The position numbers were made by a program, and so were the translations under genes. Source: an uncultured virus (IMG/VR IMGVR_UViG_3300001605_000015) (lineage: Duplodnaviria > Heunggongvirae > Uroviricota > Caudoviricetes). Taken from it: DNA of 64,000 nt. Under the pieces are notes generated by a model that saw only the letters and a program-made list of their open reading frames with translations, was not told where the DNA came from and made no database searches. The stretch covers positions 1-64,000 of IMG/VR virus record IMGVR_UViG_3300001605_000015. One strand, given 5' to 3'. Positions 29,645-39,112 of this stretch are shown in pieces; position 1 is the stretch's first letter, and every line of letters starts with the position of its first letter.

Positions 29645-29812
29645 CGCGGCTATAGTATAACTGTTCTCAGCTTTACTAAGCATAACGCAGGCTACTGTAA
29701 TACCCGCGCCTAAATTAGCCGTAAAAGGCACATGCCGTTCCGGCCTACCCCTTTCCTTCTACAGCACCGCTACAAGTCTCCTACGCCCGAAAAACGCGCG
29801 TTTACGAGCCGT

Positions 29813-29841
29813 TTTACAGTAAGCCGCAACCGCGTTATACT
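29813..29841 (+). promoter_or_regulatory. Sigma70-like promoter
   Basis: TTTACA-17-TATACT. Confidence 0.65.
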
Positions 29842-29876
29842 ATGCAACATCGCGCACTTGAAAAGGACTGAATCCT

Positions 29877-30623
29877 ATGACCCAAGCAAACCCCGCACAC
29901 GCCACGGTGACGGCTGCTCTCGCAAAGCTGGACGCAGGGCGACTGCTGAACAACAACGGCGTTGCTCCGACGCACAAGCGCCAACTGATCACGGACATCG
30001 TGAAAACGGTCATCACTGTCGATGGCACGTTTGACCGCGACACGCTCGGCGGCGGCTGGGTCGAGTTTGGCACCCGTGGCGTCGAACTGGCGCTGACCAA
30101 CTTCGATGCGCAACTGCGCAACCCCGATTTCAACTGGGGCGATGAAGCTTCGCGGCGCACCCTGATCATCACCACGGTTGATCGCGTCTACAACGACATT
30201 CGTGACAATGACACGCTGCTTACCATCTTCGGTATCGCCAAGGCGTCCTACGACATGACGTGGGTCGATGCCAACGATGACTTCATCGAAGATGCGCTGC
30301 AAGCTCCGCAGGCTCTTCTGGCACCTGCGATCACTGGCACGGCAGAAGAGGGCGAGACCCTTACGGTTTCCAACGGTACGTGGACTGGTCCGACCCCCAG
30401 CTACACGTATGAGTGGTTCCGTGACGGCGTTCTCATCGAAGGCGAAACCGGGAACACATACGACCTCATTGAGACGGTCGCGGCTGATCCCGAAGCTGAG
30501 CCGCCTGTCGAAGCCGTGGAAGGCGATGCTGGCAAGACCATTCAGGCCCGCGTCACCGCGACCAACGACATTGGCGCAACCTCGGCATTCGCTCCCGCTG
30601 TGGAAATTGCCGAACTGGTCTAA
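29877..30623 (+). CDS. Protein with C-terminal Ig-like domain (possible virion decoration)
   Basis: 'PAITGTAEEGETLTVSNGTWTG...YTYEWFRDG..I.G.TG.TY...D.GKTI.ARVTATN'. Confidence 0.75.
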   Translation: MTQANPAHATVTAALAKLDAGRLLNNNGVAPTHKRQLITDIVKTVITVDGTFDRDTLGGGWVEFGTRGVELALTNFDAQLRNPDFNWGDEASRRTLIITTVDRVYNDIRDNDTLLTIFGIAKASYDMTWVDANDDFIEDALQAPQALLAPAITGTAEEGETLTVSNGTWTGPTPSYTYEWFRDGVLIEGETGNTYDLIETVAADPEAEPPVEAVEGDAGKTIQARVTATNDIGATSAFAPAVEIAELV

Positions 30624-30650
30624 TACTACCAACCTCCCTGTTGGAAACTT

Positions 30651-30680
30651 GCCCCGGTCGAAAGGCCGGGGTTTTTTCTT
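30651..30680 (+). terminator. Intrinsic terminator
   Basis: GCCCCGGTC-GAAA-GGCCGGGGT plus T run. Confidence 0.85.
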
Positions 30681-30708
30681 TGCGCAACTGTAATAACACG
30701 GTTATACT
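30680..30708 (+). promoter_or_regulatory. Sigma70-like promoter overlapped by the TAAC-N3-GTTA palindrome
   Basis: TTGCGC-17-TATACT; palindrome at 30692-30706. Confidence 0.7.
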
Positions 30709-30733
30709 AAAGCTCTAACCACGGAGCTTTACC

Positions 30734-31096
30734 ATGACCGAAAAAACCGTAGTAACAATCGACATGCGAGGCCGCGCCCAATTCACTCGCGGCGAACAAG
30801 TAGCGCACAAGCTGCTTGACGATCAGTTCGACAAAGGCGACATGCTTCGCGTCACTGACATCGTTATGGAGCCTTCCAGCAAAAAATACATGATTAAGTG
30901 GCTTGAGGGGCCGCACAACGAAAAGCTGCATGATGCTGCTATTTACGCATACGTCTTTGGTAAAGCCGCGCTGAATTACCACAAGGTTTGGATTGCTGGA
31001 AACTTCGTATTACTGTTCGACACCTATGAAGATGCCGTCGCTCACGAACGCGAGTGCCTTGCCGTGATGCGCAAACAAGGGATCGTATTCTCTTAA
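30734..31096 (+). CDS. Hypothetical protein
   Basis: AACCACGGAG leader. Confidence 0.75.
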   Translation: MTEKTVVTIDMRGRAQFTRGEQVAHKLLDDQFDKGDMLRVTDIVMEPSSKKYMIKWLEGPHNEKLHDAAIYAYVFGKAALNYHKVWIAGNFVLLFDTYEDAVAHERECLAVMRKQGIVFS

Positions 31097-31112
31097 ACAA
31101 AAGGAGCGACAA

Positions 31113-31322
31113 ATGACACGCGACGATAGCTGGCACAAATCCATGTATGAACGGGTTCTCGTAGGAGCGAACACCACGGGGCCTGCATGGGACGACCTTA
31201 CGGAAGAGCAGAAAGCCAAGATACGTGCCGCCAATAACGAGCATCACGAATACATGGAAAAGCTCGGAGACGCTATCCGCACTGGCGGGCCTCTGCCAAG
31301 CCCTTTCATGAAGCTGCAATAA
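31113..31322 (+). CDS. Hypothetical protein
   Basis: AAGGAG RBS. Confidence 0.7.
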   Translation: MTRDDSWHKSMYERVLVGANTTGPAWDDLTEEQKAKIRAANNEHHEYMEKLGDAIRTGGPLPSPFMKLQ

Positions 31323-31334
31323 CGGGGTTATATC

Positions 31335-31673
31335 ATGCGCGTTCTTGTATGCGGCGGAAGAGATTACAGTAGCTATAACAAGGTAAAAAAGGTGCTATCC
31401 GAACTTAGGCCAGCACCTACTCTTATTATCCACGGAGGGGCGCGGGGCGCTGATAATCTTGCGGATAAGTGGGCTTTCGAAAACGGCATAGAGCGTGAGG
31501 TTTACAAAGCCGATTGGGATAAGCACGACAGACGAGCAGGGCCTATCCGAAATTCACAAATGCTCAAGGAAGGAAAGCCTGATCTTGTAATCGCGTTCCC
31601 CGGTGGAATAGGAACAGCGGACATGGTAAACAAGTCCTTACGAGCAAACGTCAAAGTCCTACAGATACCGTAA
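31335..31673 (+). CDS. DUF2493 / YspA-like SLOG family protein
   Basis: 'RVLVCGGRDY', 'IIHGGARGAD', 'AGPIRNSQM', 'AFPGGIGTADM'. Confidence 0.9.
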   Translation: MRVLVCGGRDYSSYNKVKKVLSELRPAPTLIIHGGARGADNLADKWAFENGIEREVYKADWDKHDRRAGPIRNSQMLKEGKPDLVIAFPGGIGTADMVNKSLRANVKVLQIP

Positions 31674-31683
31674 GGAGAACGCC

Positions 31684-32238
31684 ATGATTGTAAACGGCAC
31701 CAAGCTTCTTGAGCTTGCACCAATCAAGAACATGATCAACGAAAAGCGCCGTGGGCATGACGGCGTGAGCTACGGATTAGCCGAGGTTGGCTACGACATT
31801 CGTCTCAAACAGACAATCGAGTTTCGTCCGTCTGCTTGGGAAAAGAAACTTGGTAAATCCATCACCGAGGTTGTGACCCGTTTCTTTCCCGTTCTTGGAC
31901 CTATGGTGACGGTTGACCGTGACGATTCCATCCCCGGAAACTTCACTATCGCCAGTGCAATCGAAGAGTTCGATATGCCTGATAACCTTGTTGGTATCGT
32001 GCATGACAAATCGACTTGGGCGCGGCGCGGCTTGTCCGTTTTCAACACCGTAATTGAGCCGGGGTGGAAAGGTTTCCTGACCCTTGAGCTTGTTTATCAC
32101 GGCTACGATAAACTTGTGCTTGAAGCCGGGACGGGAATTGCCCAAGTAATCTTCCACGAGATTGCAGAGCCGCATAGCTATGATGGAACGTATCAGAACC
32201 AGCCTGATCGACCCGTGCATTCGCTTACCAAACAGTGA
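31684..32238 (+). CDS. dcd: dCTP deaminase
   Basis: 'SYGL...GYDIR', 'KSTWARRG', 'IEPGWKGFLTLE', 'IAQVIF', 'Y.G.YQNQ'. Confidence 0.9.
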   Translation: MIVNGTKLLELAPIKNMINEKRRGHDGVSYGLAEVGYDIRLKQTIEFRPSAWEKKLGKSITEVVTRFFPVLGPMVTVDRDDSIPGNFTIASAIEEFDMPDNLVGIVHDKSTWARRGLSVFNTVIEPGWKGFLTLELVYHGYDKLVLEAGTGIAQVIFHEIAEPHSYDGTYQNQPDRPVHSLTKQ

Positions 32239-32313
32239 AAAAATTAAGGGGGAGCTTGGCCGCGAAACCTTGCTCCCCCTCTTGTTACAAGGCCCTGTGC
32301 GACCCTGCAACTC

Positions 32314-32343
32314 TTGACACTTAACCGATTTTTATGCTAAACT
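32314..32343 (+). promoter_or_regulatory. Sigma70-like promoter upstream of the replication module
   Basis: TTGACA-18-TAAACT with TG extension. Confidence 0.5.
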
Positions 32344-32455
32344 TCATTGCCGCGAAGCCTTGCACTATCGGTTGTGTCCACCTGCCACTACCCGTAGCGG
32401 TATGTCTAGCTCGGCCCCCAAACCAACGGCACATGCCAAACACAGGAGCCTTTAT

Positions 32456-33013
32456 ATGTCTTACGAAAAACTTTGTCAAGCTTTCCTATATATGGCCGAA
32501 GACACGTTGCATTCTCTTATGTATCTTGAACACACCATCATGATTCACCTAAGCCAAGAGGAAGAGCGGCTTATCCGCGCCATCTGGCACAGGTCTTCTC
32601 GGTTCGGCCAATACAAGCACGTTCGTATGACATACACCGACTACCTAGACGGTTCCGGCCCGTCCTACTGCGGCAACAATCCGATACCAAACTACGTTGT
32701 TACTGAGCGGTCTTTTTACCGCATCCAGAGCCGTCTTTTGCGGCTTGGACTCATCCACAAATCACCACAAAACAAGGGGTTTCTAATAACCTGTTATCCG
32801 CTAAATGCCATCGAACGTAATTCTACATTGATGGAAAAACTGCAAAGAGACACGGAGCGCGGACAGGCCATCGCGGCTTCCATAGAGAAATCCCTAACCT
32901 ACTATGGTGAGTTTGCATCCTACTTTTTAGAGAAGCGGGAAGCCACGACCATACAAAGAACGACCCGCAAACTCTCGCTCGTAGCCACGCATACTGACCC
33001 CAAGGACATGTAA
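32456..33013 (+). CDS. Hypothetical protein with HTH-like region (possible replication initiator)
   Basis: AGGAG RBS before ATG 32456; 'TERSFYRIQSRLLRLGLI'. Confidence 0.55.
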   Translation: MSYEKLCQAFLYMAEDTLHSLMYLEHTIMIHLSQEEERLIRAIWHRSSRFGQYKHVRMTYTDYLDGSGPSYCGNNPIPNYVVTERSFYRIQSRLLRLGLIHKSPQNKGFLITCYPLNAIERNSTLMEKLQRDTERGQAIAASIEKSLTYYGEFASYFLEKREATTIQRTTRKLSLVATHTDPKDM

Positions 33014-33185
33014 ACTATGTTGCAAATTATTATATTGGCGGGTATAAATAAAAATCTGCAACATGACATACGAGTCAGGTAAACCATGACTCCTGAGTCA
33101 TATTCATATAAAATACCTATCGGTATTTATAGAAAACGAACTCTTGCGCGCGTGTGCCACGCGCGCGAGGTAGCGGGGATAGAAA

Positions 33186-33842
33186 ATGCCTAAGAAACTG
33201 CAACGCACCTACGCACCTTCTAATCTGCAAACCGCAGAGGATGCCTTGGCGCATGTAATGAGCCTTCGGCAAAAACACATGACAAAGCGCGAAGTTCGCT
33301 ACACCGTCGCGGACGCCGTTGCGATATTCAAGGAAAACTGGGTTAGGCTTATGAAAGAGCACTTCCCGAATATCCCCGCTACACCCGTGTCTCCGACAAG
33401 AGATGTTCCGCGAATAAAGCGAAGTATTGTCACACCGTTGCGTGATGCGGGCGTCACTGTTTCGGAGTTTCTTCGTTTCGTTTTTGAACACTGGTCTTTG
33501 ATAAGAACCACTCCGCAGTTTCGAAGCTTCAAGGCTTATCCCGATGCCCCTGCTATTGCGTGGGTTTTGAAATTTGCGGATTTGTATGTTTCGGCTTTCA
33601 CCGAATATAAAACTCTGAACAACACAATCTTTGAAGAACCTGCCAAACAAAAGCAGGAAGAGCGTCAGGAAAAGAAAAAGGAACTTGTTAGCAAGGTTGT
33701 TCGGGTTGCCCGCGACGAAATAAGAAAAAAGGAAGCAGAGATTGCTCGGCTAAAGGCAGAAAACAAGCTCTTGCGTTCAAAGAAGCTTTCGGTTAAAACT
33801 CGTAAAGCCGCGAAGCCTACCGACCTACCAGATTGGAATTAA
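33186..33842 (+). CDS. Hypothetical replication-region protein
   Basis: 218 aa ORF upstream of loader and helicase. Confidence 0.7.
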   Translation: MPKKLQRTYAPSNLQTAEDALAHVMSLRQKHMTKREVRYTVADAVAIFKENWVRLMKEHFPNIPATPVSPTRDVPRIKRSIVTPLRDAGVTVSEFLRFVFEHWSLIRTTPQFRSFKAYPDAPAIAWVLKFADLYVSAFTEYKTLNNTIFEEPAKQKQEERQEKKKELVSKVVRVARDEIRKKEAEIARLKAENKLLRSKKLSVKTRKAAKPTDLPDWN

Positions 33843-33845
33843 CCT

Positions 33846-34481
33846 GTGCCAAAGCCCAGCAATAACACGTTATTCGAACGCAAGTATCAGCAAACACCGC
33901 TGTCGGTCATATCGGACGATCTGCGTGGGGCTTGCATTCCGCACGAGTATTTCCGATCACTGGTTCGCGGTAGTATAGGCTCTTCCAGCGTTTCCGACTT
34001 GAAAGCGTCTGCGCTGCAAGACGAAATCGCGGCTAAGCTTACTTGGTTCCATAACCAAGAAACCTATTCATCCATGTGGTTCAACAACCGCAATCAGTTT
34101 ATCGCCGCTGCCACAGAGATACTTATCTGCGGTATAGGGTCAGTCGCTTACATGACCCCGGCCAGTATTGCGCTTGCTCAGATACGGAATACCTTGCGCG
34201 GCGCACCGTCTGCTGTGTCTTTCGTTGAAGAGGTTGATTACCTTTTCATAGACGACATGGTTACAGATCACACACGAAAGCTTTTCGAGGCAGAGCCTAC
34301 TTCTGCGGCGCACTTCCATGAGTTTCTCCGTCTTGTGAAATACAGCCTACACAACAGGATCGTCTTTTCTTTCTCTGGCGTTCCGCAGCACTTGTTGCAA
34401 GACAAGCTAAGCCTGACATACACGGACTCTCTTGTTGATCTTATCAATGGCGGTCTAGGATATGTTGGGGGCAAGCAATGA
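33846..34481 (+). CDS. Degenerate DnaC/IstB-like helicase loader
   Basis: 'VDYLFIDD' Walker B-like motif, no intact Walker A; directly before DnaB. Confidence 0.45.
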   Translation: MPKPSNNTLFERKYQQTPLSVISDDLRGACIPHEYFRSLVRGSIGSSSVSDLKASALQDEIAAKLTWFHNQETYSSMWFNNRNQFIAAATEILICGIGSVAYMTPASIALAQIRNTLRGAPSAVSFVEEVDYLFIDDMVTDHTRKLFEAEPTSAAHFHEFLRLVKYSLHNRIVFSFSGVPQHLLQDKLSLTYTDSLVDLINGGLGYVGGKQ

Positions 34482-35854
34482 GTGTTGGTATCAATCTGCT
34501 TCTTGCAATCGTCAAAGAAAAGTCACGCTCAAAGCTTCTTGAGATACCCGCTGACTTTCTGCGAACAGAACAGGAAACGAAGCTATACGGCTTCATTCGA
34601 AAACATCTGACACAGCATGAGAAGTTTCCATCGCTTGCGACTATTCGCAAGCGTTTTGGTGTTGCAGGGCTTCCTAGTGAGCCTTCCAGCTTCTACCATG
34701 ACGAGGCAGCGAAGCGGGCGTTTTACAACCTTGTTCGTGAGCCTTACGCGAAGCTTGGCGAGTCCTTCCAAGGTGCCGAGTCCGATATTGATCTTATGCT
34801 GGGCTTGATCGACCAACTCGCGTCTGTTCGTCGCAGGTTTATGCCAGAAGTCGGCGGCGTTGACGATTCGACCAACCTTCTTGATCAGGTTTTGCAGGAG
34901 TTTGAGGACGCCAGCACCTATCATGGTCTGCGGGGCGTAACTACAGGTTGGGACGAGGTTGACGAAATCACTGGCGGCTACCAGCCAAGCGATCTTGTCA
35001 TATGGGTTGGTCGCCCCGGTCGTGGTAAATCGTGGTTGCTCTTACAACAGTGTTATAGCGCGTGGAAAGCGGATCACCGCATTCTTTACATTTCAATGGA
35101 AATGGAAGGAAAACAATCCATGCGCCGTATGGTCGGTCTGCATTCTAGGATCAACCCGAACCTTATCCGCACAGGCACCGTGTCTACGGCTTCACAGCCT
35201 CTAGTTCGTCGCGCCATTGACGAAATGAAAGAGATAAATCCTCTTTACATGGTAACGGCAAACTTTGAGCGCACGGTCACTCAGGTCGCGGCTTACGTCG
35301 AGAAATACGATCCTGACATTATCTACCTTGACGCAACCTATCTGTTGCAGCCGGAAAAGAAACGCTTCGGCTCTTCTGGTCGCCGCGAAACTATCTCTGA
35401 CGTTATCGAAGAAATCAAAAAGCTTGCGGCAGATTGTAAACGTCCGATCATCGGAACCGTCCAGTTCAACCGTAACGCAGAGCAGCGCAGAAAGACTCGC
35501 GGACAGGGCGGCGGTGAACGAGAGCGCATCAATCCAGTTGCGCACCTTGGACTTGACGTTATCGGTGAGACGGACGTTATCTCGCAGTCTGCATCGCACG
35601 TTCTAGGGATTGATCTTGGTCTTGCGCCTTACCAGAAATCCACCAGAGCTTTCGGCTTCCTAAAAGGTCGTGAGGGCGAAGACGGCTACTGGTATTGCAA
35701 CTACCCAGAGACACGCACATCACCAATAGACCTTTCACTCCTTTCTTGGGACGATCCTCGCATCGAAGTCATGGAACGTCCCGCCGCTCGTAACCAGAAT
35801 CGGGAAAACGGACAGCCTCCGAGAAACCCGAATATGCTTGACTTCATGAGGTAG
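34478..35854 (+). CDS. dnaB: Replicative DNA helicase
   Basis: 'GVTTGWDEVDEITGG', Walker A GRPGRGKS, 'YISMEM', 'IIYLD', 'QFNR'. Confidence 0.92.
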   Translation: MSVGINLLLAIVKEKSRSKLLEIPADFLRTEQETKLYGFIRKHLTQHEKFPSLATIRKRFGVAGLPSEPSSFYHDEAAKRAFYNLVREPYAKLGESFQGAESDIDLMLGLIDQLASVRRRFMPEVGGVDDSTNLLDQVLQEFEDASTYHGLRGVTTGWDEVDEITGGYQPSDLVIWVGRPGRGKSWLLLQQCYSAWKADHRILYISMEMEGKQSMRRMVGLHSRINPNLIRTGTVSTASQPLVRRAIDEMKEINPLYMVTANFERTVTQVAAYVEKYDPDIIYLDATYLLQPEKKRFGSSGRRETISDVIEEIKKLAADCKRPIIGTVQFNRNAEQRRKTRGQGGGERERINPVAHLGLDVIGETDVISQSASHVLGIDLGLAPYQKSTRAFGFLKGREGEDGYWYCNYPETRTSPIDLSLLSWDDPRIEVMERPAARNQNRENGQPPRNPNMLDFMR

Positions 35855-35856
35855 AC

Positions 35857-38616
35857 ATGCCGTTCGACAGCCCAGAGACAGACAGCATTCCTTTCCTCGG
35901 TCGCAAGAACGCGGACATTATCATTGTTCTCGACCCTCTTGTTTCTATGTATCCTTCCAAAACTCCTTTGAAGCGCGACGATCTTGCTTGGCTAGGTGAG
36001 CGCATCAAAAAGTATGCCAACCTTAAAGAGTCTCAGGTTTGCTTTTTGTCTTGTGCGAGACCTATCTCTTACGAAGATTACATCAGCGACAAGAAAGTAA
36101 CGGACGCACTCAAGCAACAAGAGGAAGAGTTTACACAGATTGTAAACGAAATTTCTCCAAAGCTTATCGTTCCTATGGGAGCCAAGGCTTGCCAGCAGGT
36201 ATTTGGTCGCAAGCAACAGATCACAAAAATACGTGGTCAGGTATTCAGCGCATCCAAGAGCTTTGGTACAACGCCCATACTTCCTTTGACTTCGCCGTTC
36301 TATGCTAGAAAACATCCAGAGGCAGATAACCTTTTCTGCGCTGATCTTGAAACCCTCGGTCGCTTGGTAAAGGGAAAGTTCTCTGCCGAAGCGGCTGTTA
36401 CTAAGATAACCACGACCTACGAATGGTGCTTTGACATAAAGCACCTTCTAGACAATCCGCCAGACCTTATATCTCTGGATTGCGAAACCAGAGGGCTTTA
36501 CCCTTTCGACCCTGATACGCGGCTTCTTACCGTGCAGATCACAACGGAAGCTGGTAAAGGGATTATCATACCCATTGAATACGATGCTGCCGATCTTAGG
36601 GTTCATCGCCAGATGGACTTTCCCGGCGGCTATCGAAACTACATCACCAAGATTGTTCGTCAGCTAAAACTTCTGCTTGAGAACAAGCGCACCAAGGTAA
36701 TCGGCCAGAACCTAAAATTTGACTGGTTGATGCTCTACTACAAACTGAAAATCGAAATAGCTAACTACAGCGACGACACTATTCTAATGGCGCACCTTCT
36801 TGACGAAAACATGATGAGCAAGAACCTTGACGATCTTGTTCGTGTTTACGTCCCTGCTATGGCTGGCTATGCCGACGACTTTAACAAAGACCCTGTGCAT
36901 CAGGGCAAAACCCGCATGGACTTAGTTCCACCCGAAAAGATGATCGCCTACGGCTGCGGCGACACAGATGCGGCTTTCCGTCTCTATAACAAGTTATTGC
37001 CGAAGCTAAAGCGGGACAGAAAGCTATACCAGTGCTACCGCAAAACGGTGATGCGGGCTATTCGCGCATTCTGCTACATGGAGCAAACAGGCTTCTATAT
37101 CAACAAGCAGGCTCTAAAGGATTTCGAAAAGGACTTGAAAAAGCAACAGGCATCCGAGTCCGAATGGTTGCTTGCTCAGATACCCGAAGTCATCAAAGCC
37201 AAATACCGCAACACAGGCGTTGGTCTTAAACCAGACCGCGACGTTCTTCTTGTTGATTACCTGTATGAACATCCGCAAGGATTGCGGCTCAAGCCTATGG
37301 CTTATACCAAGACAGGTAAGCCTTCTACTTCCTCCAAGATAGCCATGCCATACTACGTGGCTGACTATCCGTTTATCGCCCGCTTGATCGACTACATCAA
37401 AAACCAAAAGATGCTGACCACGTATCTCGCGGGGTTCTACAAATATATCTTCGATGGTCGCATTCGGCCTTCCTACGCGCTGCACAAAACCACCACAGGT
37501 CGCTCGGCATCGTCCGACCCTAACGGTCAGAATTTTCCTAAGCGCGGCAAAATGGCTAAGCGTTTCAGGAAAGCCTTCCAAGCGCCAGAGGGTTGGGTCT
37601 ATATTCAGGTTGACCTTTCGCAAGCTGAGCTTCGCATTGCCTCTATGATTTCCGGCGACGAGCGTATGCAGGAGGTTTACAAATCTGGCGGCGACATTCA
37701 CAGGTCTACCGCTGCGGGGGTTATGAAAATCTCTCTCGAAGAGTTTTTCAAACTTGATCCGGCTATGCAAAGCTTGAAACGCTTCCAAGCTAAGGCCGTC
37801 AACTTTGGTTTCCTTTACGGCATGTGGTGGAAAAAGTTCCGCGAATATGCCAAGACCGATTACGGCATCGACTTCACCGATGAAGAAGCGGCGGAAATTC
37901 GTGAACTGTTCTTCACCACCTACCCCCGTCTATCCGAGTGGCACCAAGCCATTGAACGCTTCGTCAAAAAGCACAAGTTTGTTCGTGCCTTCAACGGACG
38001 CATTCGCCACCTTCCTATGGTCGATAGCCCCGACGAATCCATTGCAAAGCAAGCTGTGCGGCAGGCCATCAACTCGCCTGTTCAATCCATCGCCTCTGAC
38101 CTTGGGCTTATGGCTATCGGCCTTCTTGTTCCTTATCTGCGGCGCACTGGTCTTTGGGAAAACATCAAGGTATGCGGGTTCATCCACGACTCCGTTGTTT
38201 GTCTAGTCAAAGAGGAATACGCAGCCAAGGCTATCCGTATCGTCAAAAAGTATATGGAAAACCTGCCACTCAAGCGTTGGTTCAACTGGGTTCCAGAGGT
38301 TCCAATCGTTGCTGACGCTGAAATCGGCTACAACCTTGCTGAGACATACGAGGTATCTCCCAAGTATTTCTCAAAAGAGTCTGGGAACAAATCGTTCAAG
38401 GATATTGAACGCGCGTATCTTACAGACGAGCTTGCAAAAGCCAGCAAAAAGAATGACGCGAAAGCCATAGCAGAGCTTGAGGAAAGACTCGGTCTTGTAG
38501 AGCCGAAACCGCTTCCACCAAAGGTTCGTCGCGCATATACTCGTATCACCCCGAAAACCACGGAGCCTAGACATGCCAAAATTAAAACTGTCAGACGACC
38601 TAAAAAAGCTGCTTGA
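35857..38616 (+). CDS. polA: Family A DNA polymerase with N-terminal UDG-like domain and 3'-5' exonuclease
   Basis: Exo I 'SLDCET', Exo II 'QNLKFD', Exo III 'YGCGD'; motif A 'DLSQAELR', B 'RFQAKAVNFGFLYG', C 'IHDS'. Confidence 0.95.
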   Translation: MPFDSPETDSIPFLGRKNADIIIVLDPLVSMYPSKTPLKRDDLAWLGERIKKYANLKESQVCFLSCARPISYEDYISDKKVTDALKQQEEEFTQIVNEISPKLIVPMGAKACQQVFGRKQQITKIRGQVFSASKSFGTTPILPLTSPFYARKHPEADNLFCADLETLGRLVKGKFSAEAAVTKITTTYEWCFDIKHLLDNPPDLISLDCETRGLYPFDPDTRLLTVQITTEAGKGIIIPIEYDAADLRVHRQMDFPGGYRNYITKIVRQLKLLLENKRTKVIGQNLKFDWLMLYYKLKIEIANYSDDTILMAHLLDENMMSKNLDDLVRVYVPAMAGYADDFNKDPVHQGKTRMDLVPPEKMIAYGCGDTDAAFRLYNKLLPKLKRDRKLYQCYRKTVMRAIRAFCYMEQTGFYINKQALKDFEKDLKKQQASESEWLLAQIPEVIKAKYRNTGVGLKPDRDVLLVDYLYEHPQGLRLKPMAYTKTGKPSTSSKIAMPYYVADYPFIARLIDYIKNQKMLTTYLAGFYKYIFDGRIRPSYALHKTTTGRSASSDPNGQNFPKRGKMAKRFRKAFQAPEGWVYIQVDLSQAELRIASMISGDERMQEVYKSGGDIHRSTAAGVMKISLEEFFKLDPAMQSLKRFQAKAVNFGFLYGMWWKKFREYAKTDYGIDFTDEEAAEIRELFFTTYPRLSEWHQAIERFVKKHKFVRAFNGRIRHLPMVDSPDESIAKQAVRQAINSPVQSIASDLGLMAIGLLVPYLRRTGLWENIKVCGFIHDSVVCLVKEEYAAKAIRIVKKYMENLPLKRWFNWVPEVPIVADAEIGYNLAETYEVSPKYFSKESGNKSFKDIERAYLTDELAKASKKNDAKAIAELEERLGLVEPKPLPPKVRRAYTRITPKTTEPRHAKIKTVRRPKKAA

Positions 38617-39112
38617 TACGTTCATCACGGAAAAGCGGCTTGCCAGTGAGCATACCAATGCAAAGAACCGCGCTACCACGGCTGTTCGTAACCACTTCAA
38701 AGAGAACGTGCAGACAAAGCAATGGCCTCTCGGAACACAGGTTGCTTACGGCGGCTCGTTGATTGAGTATAAGCCTACTGATAGCGCCCAAATCCTCCCA
38801 GAGGATTTCTACAAAATGCTCAAAGACGGTGACATCACCGAAGAGCAATTTCTAAAGTGCATCAGCGTCCGTAAATCGGACGTATCTACGCATATCGGCT
38901 CTGACGTTCTTCTTACCCTCGAAACTCCCGTCGAAGGTGACAAATACGATATTCGCGTTAGCGAATTGCCAGCAGATGCCAGCAAGCTCGAATACGTCCT
39001 TGTTCCTGTAGCGACGGGCGCTATCAAGCGTAAGAAAATCGGCAAGAAAACTACAGCTTCGGATACCGCCAAATCCAAGGTGCGTTCCATCAAGGTAAAG
39101 CGCAATACATGA
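38573..39112 (+). CDS. Hypothetical protein
   Basis: AACCACGGAG leader embedded in the polA 3' end. Confidence 0.7.
   Translation: MPKLKLSDDLKKLLDTFITEKRLASEHTNAKNRATTAVRNHFKENVQTKQWPLGTQVAYGGSLIEYKPTDSAQILPEDFYKMLKDGDITEEQFLKCISVRKSDVSTHIGSDVLLTLETPVEGDKYDIRVSELPADASKLEYVLVPVATGAIKRKKIGKKTTASDTAKSKVRSIKVKRNT

Noticed and set aside
29645..29820. Possible long hairpin RNA (GTAAAAGGC ... GCCGTTTTAC) or the 29732 ORF
   Set aside because: Pairing is short and imperfect, and the ORF overlaps a promoter and the next gene. Support is insufficient.
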